Origin: an uncultured Chloroflexia bacterium
Lineage (GTDB): Bacteria > Chloroflexota > Chloroflexia > QHBQ01 > JADMIH01
NCBI GenBank assembly: GCA_963797095.1
Contig: CAWCNY010000003.1
Coordinates: forward strand, 192,001-256,000
Reading direction: 5' to 3'
DNA length: 64,000 nucleotides
Part shown: in pieces, positions 41,739-49,329 of the stretch
Numbering within the stretch: the first letter of the stretch is position 1
Layout: every line of letters starts with the position of its first letter
Translations under genes and position numbers: made by a program
Notes under the pieces: model-generated
Databases searched by the model: none
What the model saw: the letters and a program-made list of their open reading frames with translations, nothing else
What the model was told of the DNA's origin: nothing

Positions 41739-42681
41739 CTACACCGATCGCAGACAGCCCTGCGAATCACCCCTCAGCCGCGCAAAATACCCGTTTAGCT
41801 GCTCCCCCGTAATCAAATGCCCCGAATCCGCCATCTGAGTGCAAGTATAACGTGCCGCGATCTGCCCGCGCAATATCGCATCCTCCAACCCATACCCATC
41901 CAGACAATACGACGCCAGAAACCCCACCGCCAGCCCATCCCCTGCCCCGTTCGTATCCACCACAGGCTCCTCCAACACCACCGTCTCAAAATACCGCACC
42001 CCGCCATCCCGCGTCCCCACTGCACACCCTCGACTCCCCATCCCCACAACAATAACCTCAGCCCGACCCACCTCGAAGAACCGCGCAATCAAGCCCGAAG
42101 GATCGGGAAAGTTGGCGCACGAAAAGAATAGAATATCGCTCTGCGCCACGTAATCCGCCCTGTAATCGTCCTTCACAGACACCACGTCCTGCAAATCGCA
42201 CGCCACCATCAGCCCAAGCTCCCGCGCTGGCCCCAGCAGATGCCGCGCCCAATTCTCGATGCTGAAATGCACAAGCCGGGCGCGCCCTAACACCCCCCTG
42301 CAAACCTCCAGGTCAGGCATCAGATTCATCGACCCTCGCCCGTCATAGAAGTTCTTGCGCCCCCCGTCCCCGTACATGATATTCACGCTGCGCCGCGTTC
42401 CCGACGGGTCAACAAACAGCGTAGTCTCGATACGATCCCCGCCCAGTTCGTCGGCGATCATCCGCCCGTTGTGGTCCTCCCCCACATACCCGATGTACGC
42501 AGCACGCTTGCCCAGCCTCGCGTATCCCCGGCTCGAATAGCCGCCCGCGCCACCCACATAATCTATATTGCGCGCAAAGTTGGCCTCCACGCTGAAATCG
42601 ACCGCCCCTCCCGCCGGAAATACGTTCGTATCCACCCCTGCCGCGCCCACCACCACCACATCAAGAGCCGCACCATCGCAT
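41739..42681 (-). CDS. PfkB-family carbohydrate kinase (start probably affected by a +1 base)
   Basis: GGAG, GYVGED..G, VDTNGAGD signature; the ATG after AGGAGG is one base out of frame. Confidence 0.88.
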
Positions 42682-42699
42682 CCAATCCTCCTGAGGCCC

Positions 42700-44571
42700 C
42701 TACACCGGACCCGAAACCGCCGCTTCCTGTGTAGCCAACTCCTCCAGGTCATCCGACGCCGGCGGCTCCTCAAGCGGCAGACCCACCGAATGGCGCGTAT
42801 ACAGGCGGTGATACAGCCCCTCGGCGGCCAGCAATTCGTCGTGCGTGCCCAACTCCGCCACCTCTCCGTTCTCGATCACCGCGATGCGGTCGGCCTTCTC
42901 GACGGTCGATAACCTGTGCGCAATTATCACCACGGTGCGCCCCCTCATCAACCTCTCCAAGGCCTGCTTGACCAGCGCCTCGCTCTCGTTGTCCAACGAC
43001 GAAGTGGCCTCGTCAAGTATCAAAATGCGCGGATCGCGCAGCAATGCGCGCGCGATCGCGATCCGTTGCCGCTGACCCCCCGACAGTTTCACCCCGCGCT
43101 CCCCGATCACGCTGTCGTAACCGTCCTGCAATTCAGTGATAAAAGTATGGGCGTTGGCAGCCCGCGCCGCCGCGCGCACGTCATCTTCCGTGGCGCCAAG
43201 CCTCCCATATACGATATTCTCGTAGATGGTGCCGCCGAACAGTTGTGGGTCCTGCGGCACGATGGCAATCGCCGCCCGCAGGCTAGCCACCTTCAGCTTC
43301 TTCACGTCGTACCCGTCAACCACCACACTCCCGCCCTGCACATCATAAAAGCGAGGGATCAAGCTTGCCAGCGTGGTCTTACCCGCTCCGCTCGGCCCCA
43401 CCAGCGCCAGCACCTCCCCCGATCTCACGTGCAATGTCAGGTCATGCAGCACCTCCGGCCCGCCCGTGTAGTGGAACGTAACCTCGCGCATCTCTATCTC
43501 CCCGCGCACAGGCTGAGGCAGCGACAGGGCGTCGGGTGCATCATAGATCTCCGGCGACGTATCGAGAATGCCAAACAACCGCAATGCGGCCCCGCTCAAC
43601 TCCTGGAAGCTCGCGTACACCCCTGTCAGCGCCCCAATCGGCCCTACAGCGACAATGACATAGATCGGCAGTGTCAGAAGCTGGCCCGGACTGAGGTGGC
43701 CGTTGAGCACCTCCATCCCGCCGAACCACATCACGCCCGCCAGCGCCGAGAAGGTAACAAAACTGATGATAGCGATAAAGATCGAGCGGCTGAGGGTGCG
43801 GCGCATTCCCAGTTGGAACGATGTCTCGACCGCCCCTCCATACCGCCCCACCTCGTACAACTCGCGCCCGAACGCCTTCACGATGCGCGGCGCGGCCAGC
43901 GTCTCTTCAAGCACAGTGGTGGCCTCACCCAGCGCCGACTGCGCTTGCTCCGACACCTTCTGAAGCCTCCCACCGAACACCCGTCCCGCGATTGCTACAG
44001 GCGGCACCACTATCAACACCAGCGCGATCAAATGCCAGTCGATAAGCACGATAATGGTCAGCCCACCGATCAGCGTTAGCACCTGCCCAAGCGGGCCGAT
44101 CAGGTTGTTCGTCAGCCCCGCCTGCACCGCCGTCACATCATTACTGAGTCTCGATGTCAGCTCACCCACCCGCTGGTTGTCGTAGAAGTTCAACGAAAGC
44201 GATTGCAGGTGCGAATAAACCTGCTTGCGCAAATCGGCCACCAATCGCTCGCCCGTAAAAGACAGCAGATAAGATTGCCCGAAGTTGAACACCGATTGCA
44301 CCACAAAGATGCCGACCAGCAGCAGCGCGATACCCGTCATGGCCCCGCCGTCGTGCGTGATCACGGCCCTATCCACGATCTGCTGAATCAGCAGCGGAAA
44401 AGCCAACGTCAGCAGCGATGAAATCACCAGGCACACAGCAGCAAATACCAGTTGTCGCCAGTAAGGCGCGGCCAGCCGCAAAAGGCGGCGCAAAGCCACC
44501 CGGTCGGGCGGCTTCTTGCGATCAGGATTGTCGCCGCGCGCCAACCCGCGAGATCGAGGTCGATTGTACAT
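42700..44571 (-). CDS. ABC exporter, fused permease and ATPase (MsbA-like)
   Basis: Six TM helices; GPSGAGKT; LSGGQRQR; ILILDEATS. Confidence 0.95.
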   Translation of the reverse strand: MYNRPRSRGLARGDNPDRKKPPDRVALRRLLRLAAPYWRQLVFAAVCLVISSLLTLAFPLLIQQIVDRAVITHDGGAMTGIALLLVGIFVVQSVFNFGQSYLLSFTGERLVADLRKQVYSHLQSLSLNFYDNQRVGELTSRLSNDVTAVQAGLTNNLIGPLGQVLTLIGGLTIIVLIDWHLIALVLIVVPPVAIAGRVFGGRLQKVSEQAQSALGEATTVLEETLAAPRIVKAFGRELYEVGRYGGAVETSFQLGMRRTLSRSIFIAIISFVTFSALAGVMWFGGMEVLNGHLSPGQLLTLPIYVIVAVGPIGALTGVYASFQELSGAALRLFGILDTSPEIYDAPDALSLPQPVRGEIEMREVTFHYTGGPEVLHDLTLHVRSGEVLALVGPSGAGKTTLASLIPRFYDVQGGSVVVDGYDVKKLKVASLRAAIAIVPQDPQLFGGTIYENIVYGRLGATEDDVRAAARAANAHTFITELQDGYDSVIGERGVKLSGGQRQRIAIARALLRDPRILILDEATSSLDNESEALVKQALERLMRGRTVVIIAHRLSTVEKADRIAVIENGEVAELGTHDELLAAEGLYHRLYTRHSVGLPLEEPPASDDLEELATQEAAVSGPV

Positions 44572-44748
44572 AGGTCACAACCCGGGAGAAATTTCCAAAT
44601 TACTCGCAACTCGTCACTTGTCACTCGTCACGTTCGGGGAATTACAATCATTATACGGCAGCATCCCGCACCGAGTTTCGCAGACACAATTACGCAAGCA
44701 AACAAAATAACCACCCTAAGCGCCACAACACAACACATCACATCCCCT

Positions 44749-44921
44749 CTAAATATGAAACTCCTCGAATTTCAGATGCAAGTTCGCAGGCGCACAGTCT
44801 GGTTCTAAACATGAAGCATCCTGTATTTTCGATGAGTGCTCGCAAACATTCAATCTGGTTCTAAACATGAGACAGCCCGAATTTCTGATTCACCTTCCCA
44901 GGTGTGCACTCTGCTTCTAAA
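44749..44921. repeat. Non-coding array, exact 56-bp period, three units plus the start of a fourth
   Basis: CTAAA recurs at 44749, 44805, 44861 and 44917; conserved blocks alternate with variable blocks. Confidence 0.85.
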
Positions 44922-44967
44922 AAGAGCTAAATTGGCGGCTTCGCCGCCAATTTAGCTCTTTTTAGAA
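44915..44967. repeat. Perfect 25-bp inverted repeat (hairpin)
   Basis: TTCTAAAAAGAGCTAAATTGGCGGC-TTC-GCCGCCAATTTAGCTCTTTTTAGAA; followed by a CCCCTCCCC..GGGGAGGGG REP-like palindrome. Confidence 0.92.
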
Positions 44968-45106
44968 AGCCCCTCCCCAAAATTTCGGGGAGGGGTTGGG
45001 GTGGGGTCTCGGAGCACCCACATGCCCCCTTACGCACAACTTCAAGATTTGGGATGCCCCATGTGCTGCCCCCAGGCAAACTCAACTTCTCCAAAGGGAG
45101 TGCGCT

Positions 45107-45496
45107 CTATGGTGAATGGGGCCGACCAGTCAAAGGAAGCACCGCATCTACAGGCGTAGGTGAAGGCAGCGGTGTCGAGGTGGGCAGCAAAGGCGTGTCG
45201 GTAGGTACAGCCGTGGGCGGCTCCGGCATATTCGTAATAATCGCCGGCACAGGCGTGCTTGTACTTACCGCAATCGCCGTGTTGGTCGCCGTAGGAACAG
45301 GCGAAGATATCGCCGTAACGGTAGCCGTGGCCTCCGTCTCAGGTATCACAGCAGGCGGCGATGGCGCAAGCGGCCACTTAGTAATAACCGCCGCCAATGC
45401 CGCGATCAACCCACCCGCCAGAAAGATCGCAGCCAGCAACATAGGCAGCCTGCTTTCGCGCTGTCTGGTCTGGCCCATTGCCTGGCGGTTCGTCAT
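45107..45496 (-). CDS. Membrane-anchored Pro/Thr-rich protein, possibly truncated
   Basis: One TM helix followed by a PT-rich linker with no downstream domain; GGAGG upstream. Confidence 0.55.
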   Translation of the reverse strand: MTNRQAMGQTRQRESRLPMLLAAIFLAGGLIAALAAVITKWPLAPSPPAVIPETEATATVTAISSPVPTATNTAIAVSTSTPVPAIITNMPEPPTAVPTDTPLLPTSTPLPSPTPVDAVLPLTGRPHSP

Positions 45497-45695
45497 CGCA
45501 CCCTCACATTTCGGTTACCTCCATTGTACGTCCGAATACGCAACTTCGAAAAACCCATTATGAGTATTTTCGTGTTAGGCGAGGAGTAGCAAGTAGCAAA
45601 CCGACGCAAGTGTGCTATTATTAAGCCTAAAGCAACAAACACCACCATAAGAAAAGACACCAACACCACAATGACGTTGTCAGGGGGGTAGAGAG

Positions 45696-46781
45696 ATGGC
45701 GAAAACATCAAGCAAAGCAAGGCGTGTAGAAGCAAACGGCAAGCACAACGGGGCAGCCGCCCTCGCCGAACATGATATCTCCGTTTCCACAAACGGCAAG
45801 TCCCGCACCACCGAACGCACCTCCCACACGACCTGGGAGCGCAACCCCGGCACCCCCCTCGACCTCGACTGGATCTACTCCACGCGCATCAACCGCAGCG
45901 CCGTCGAGCGCCGCGCCTCCACCCTTACCACCCGCCGCACCGTCAAGAAAGAGTGGCAGGCCGCCTGGCTCCTGCGCGCCATCACCTGCCTCGATCTCAC
46001 CACCCTCTCCGGCGACGACACCCCCGGCAACGTGGTTCGCCTCTGCGCCAAGGCCCGCCGCCCCGTCCGCCAGGACCTCGTCGAAGCCCTCGGCGTGGCC
46101 GACCTGGGTATCACAGTTGGCGCGGTCTGCGTCTACCACAACCTCGTGCCCATAGCCGTCGAATCCCTCCAGGGCACAAAGATCCCGGTCGCCGCCGTCT
46201 CCACAGGCTTCCCCGCCGCCCAGATCAGCTTCGAAGACAAGCTCTCCGAGATAGAGAAGTCGGTGGCGGCAGGCGCTCGCGAGATCGACATCGTGATCTC
46301 GCGAGCCCACGTCCTCACGGGCAACTGGCAAGCCCTCTACGATGAAGTCAAAGCCTTCCGCGCAGCCTGCGGTCCCGCCCACATGAAGTCGATCCTGGCC
46401 ACCGGCGAGCTAGCCACCCTCCGCAACGTCTACCAGGCCAGCATCGTCTGCATGATGGCAGGCTCCCACTTCATCAAGACCAGCACCGGCAAAGAAACCG
46501 TCAACGCCACACTCCCCGTCAGCCTCGTCATGGTGCGCGCCATCCGCGAATACTTCGAGCGCACAGGCCACCGCGTAGGCTTCAAGCCTGCGGGCGGCAT
46601 CCGCACCGCCAAACAATCCCTCGACTGGCTTATTCTCATGAAAGAAGAGCTAGGCACCGACTGGACCATGCCCGACCTCTTCCGCATAGGCGCAAGCTCC
46701 CTCCTCACCGACATAGAGCGCCAATTGGAATACTTCGTCACCGGACGCTACTCAGCCGCCCATCGCCACCCCATGCCCTAA
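45696..46781 (+). CDS. deoC: Deoxyribose-phosphate aldolase (long type)
   Basis: LDLTTLSGDDT, STGFP, EIDIVI, FIKTSTGK, GFKPAGGIR, FRIGASSLL. Confidence 0.95.
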   Translation: MAKTSSKARRVEANGKHNGAAALAEHDISVSTNGKSRTTERTSHTTWERNPGTPLDLDWIYSTRINRSAVERRASTLTTRRTVKKEWQAAWLLRAITCLDLTTLSGDDTPGNVVRLCAKARRPVRQDLVEALGVADLGITVGAVCVYHNLVPIAVESLQGTKIPVAAVSTGFPAAQISFEDKLSEIEKSVAAGAREIDIVISRAHVLTGNWQALYDEVKAFRAACGPAHMKSILATGELATLRNVYQASIVCMMAGSHFIKTSTGKETVNATLPVSLVMVRAIREYFERTGHRVGFKPAGGIRTAKQSLDWLILMKEELGTDWTMPDLFRIGASSLLTDIERQLEYFVTGRYSAAHRHPMP

Positions 46782-46799
46782 GTGCAGTGTGGAGCAAGA

Positions 46800-47243
46800 A
46801 TGAATCGTGCCGATTTCAAGAAACGGGCCCAAATAAGGGTTAGAGATGCCGGGGTTTTACTGAGAGCCGGAAACTATGCAGGAGCATATTATCTGGCAGG
46901 CTACGCGATTGAGTGCGCACTATAAGCGTGTATAGCCCGCCAGACAAAGCAATTTGATTTTCCTCCCGACCGGTCGGAGATCAAGAACATTTACATTCAT
47001 GACCTTCCAAAACTGCTTAAGCCAGCTAACCTCATTACTGAGCATGATAATGAACGAAGACAAAATCCGCAATTTGACAAGTATTGGTCAATAGTTAGAG
47101 ACTGGTTTGAGCAGAGTCGCTACTCCCACGTACGGACAAAATCTGAGGCTCAAGACTTATTCTCTGCTGTGACTGATCCCACGAATGGAGTATTACAATG
47201 GCTAAAGAGATACTGGTGGGCCAATACCTTACCGACAGCATGA
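46800..47243 (+). pseudogene. HEPN-domain protein with internal TAA at 46923-46925
   Basis: Manual translation: MNRADFKK...AYYLAGYAIECAL*ACIA...IYIHDL..L...W.EQSRY...GVLQWLKRYW; absent from the ORF track. Confidence 0.8.
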
Positions 47244-47593
47244 TTGATGCAGGTGCCAATCTAGTTGAACAGGTCAGGAAGAGCGACCTGCGGGTTGTTG
47301 CTGCCTTCTGGCTTTACTTTGAAGAAGCAGAAGAATGGCGTTTGGTCCTGGTTTCCAAGAGATTGCATAAAGATGGCCCTCTGGCGCTCTATGAAGAACT
47401 TAGCAACCTTCTTTATGATGAGGCAAGACGAGAGAGATATGGAATCAGCCTGATTAATACAACCTTCATGGATGCTGGTGACAATCTAGTCCGCTCACTA
47501 GCAAGCGTGCCACATGGTGGGCAGTTACTCGAAAATAGGAGGCTCACGGGCTTCGCTTTCAAAGGCACCTATGTACCCGATATTTACGTATAA
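47198..47593 (+). CDS. Hypothetical protein coupled to the HEPN gene (putative antitoxin partner)
   Basis: Overlaps the HEPN 3' end; AAFWLYFEEAEEWRLVLVS; same low GC. Confidence 0.65.
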   Translation: MAKEILVGQYLTDSMIDAGANLVEQVRKSDLRVVAAFWLYFEEAEEWRLVLVSKRLHKDGPLALYEELSNLLYDEARRERYGISLINTTFMDAGDNLVRSLASVPHGGQLLENRRLTGFAFKGTYVPDIYV

Positions 47594-47643
47594 TTCATTG
47601 GAGATGACATTCAACCATTACCAGGCGCACGAGTAATGAGCAA

Positions 47644-48138
47644 ATGACCCTACCCGAAGGCCACATGAACGAAGCCGCCCTGAAAGGTAAAATCCTGGCG
47701 GAAAAACGTATCCGCGTCATAGTCCTGGGTGTCTTCCGTCGCGGCCACGAGATCTTCGTTGTGGAAGGCTACGATCCCAACAAAAACGAAACCTTCTACC
47801 GCCCCCTCGGCGGCGGTATCGAGTTCGGCGAGCGTGCTGTCGATGCCCTTGCCAGGGAGATGCTCGAAGAAACAGGCTTGCTGATAACGAACACTCGCTA
47901 TCTCGGCACCTGTGAAAACATCTTCACCTACCTCGGAGAAATGGGCCACGAAATCGTGCAGATCTACACAGCAGACTTCGTGGACCCCACCGTCTACGAC
48001 ACCGACTCCATCGAATGCCAGGAAGATGACGAAACACCTTTCATCGCCGTCTGGAAGCACCTCGACACCTTCGGCAAAGACAAAGACGGCCCTTTATATC
48101 CTGACGAGCTAAAAAGGTTGTTAGAAGCAAATGAATAG
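47644..48138 (+). CDS. NUDIX hydrolase
   Basis: Nudix box GGGIEFGERAVDALAREMLEETG. Confidence 0.92.
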   Translation: MTLPEGHMNEAALKGKILAEKRIRVIVLGVFRRGHEIFVVEGYDPNKNETFYRPLGGGIEFGERAVDALAREMLEETGLLITNTRYLGTCENIFTYLGEMGHEIVQIYTADFVDPTVYDTDSIECQEDDETPFIAVWKHLDTFGKDKDGPLYPDELKRLLEANE

Positions 48139-49303
48139 CGGCATCTATCTAATAAAAGATGGTGGCTCACTGGTCGAAATGACCGAGCAGCCATATGCTT
48201 CTGAGGACTTATTGCAGAAGCTTCTGGCGGATCATCCAAGCTTACTTGCTGGAAATCAGATGAATCCTAGAGCCCCAAGAAAATGGTTACTTGTTTCGCG
48301 AGAGACACCCTTGTCCTCAACACAGGGCGGAGCCGGTAGATGGTCCGTGGACCACCTCTTCCTGGATCAGGATGCAGTACCAACAATCGTTGAAGTCAAG
48401 AGAAGCAGTGACACACGTATCAGGCGAGAAGTCGTGGGCCAACTTCTCGAGTATGCCGCCAATGCAGTCGTCTACTGGCCAGTAGAAAGCTTAATCAGCC
48501 AATTCGAGTCAACTCAAACGGCCCAAGGGCAGGATCCATCGGAAATCCTTGCTGAGTTCCTAGGTGAGAACGAAGATGCCAACACATTTTGGGGAAGGGT
48601 CAAGACAAACCTGCAAGCAGGTAAAATCAGGTTGGTGTTTGTTGCGGATTACATACCACCAGAGCTACAGCGAATAGTCGAGTTCTTGAACGGTCAAATG
48701 AGTTCTGCTGAGGTGCTGGCTGTGCAAATCAAGCAGTATGTAGGTGAGGGTTTCAAGACCTTGATTCCGAGGGTCATAGGCCAAACTGCACAAGCACAAC
48801 AAGCTAAAACCGTCGGTCCAAAATCGACTATAGAGTGGGACGAGGACTCTTTCTTCCAGCTAGTAGAAAAGAGAGTTGGTGCCCAGGATGTCGTTACTGC
48901 TAAACAAATATTAGAATGGGCAAAAGCAGCCAATCTCATTATAACTTGGGGTAAGGGTGCAACGGATCCGGGCTTCAGGATAAAAGTGGATCATGATGAT
49001 CTAGAACATGCAATTGCGGGCATATGGTCTTATGGAGCAGGTCAAGTTACGAACCTGGAAATACTCTACGATCAGCTTAATGCCAATCAACACGACACAA
49101 ATACAAAACGCCTGGAGTTCTTAAGACAGTTAGGTGCGATCCCGGGGGTTGGCAGTTATCTTGGCGGGACGAAAATTCGTCCAAATATCCCTTTATCCCT
49201 TTTCCACAGACAGGGATCCCTTGACCAACTGCTCAAAGCACTGAATTGGGCCGTTCAAACAATGAAATCCGCAGTAGATCAACCCACATCTACAGAGAAT
49301 TGA
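48131..49303 (+). CDS. PD-(D/E)xK nuclease-like (NucS/DUF91-like) protein
   Basis: E..LQ.LL...P, VDHLFLD...IVEVK, VVGQLLEYAA; lower GC than neighbours. Confidence 0.72.
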   Translation: MNSGIYLIKDGGSLVEMTEQPYASEDLLQKLLADHPSLLAGNQMNPRAPRKWLLVSRETPLSSTQGGAGRWSVDHLFLDQDAVPTIVEVKRSSDTRIRREVVGQLLEYAANAVVYWPVESLISQFESTQTAQGQDPSEILAEFLGENEDANTFWGRVKTNLQAGKIRLVFVADYIPPELQRIVEFLNGQMSSAEVLAVQIKQYVGEGFKTLIPRVIGQTAQAQQAKTVGPKSTIEWDEDSFFQLVEKRVGAQDVVTAKQILEWAKAANLIITWGKGATDPGFRIKVDHDDLEHAIAGIWSYGAGQVTNLEILYDQLNANQHDTNTKRLEFLRQLGAIPGVGSYLGGTKIRPNIPLSLFHRQGSLDQLLKALNWAVQTMKSAVDQPTSTEN

Positions 49304-49329
49304 CCGGGTAGCAAATAGGAGACAAACCG

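Noticed and set aside
44749-44921. CRISPR array
   Set aside because: The fully conserved run is only about 17 bp, the would-be spacers share internal motifs, and no cas genes are present; kept as an unexplained array instead
10738-47593. Stop-codon reassignment suggested by several in-frame TAA/TAG codons
   Set aside because: TAA and TAG terminate many intact genes (radC, deoC, ALDH, MFS), and the residues expected at the broken sites appear to differ
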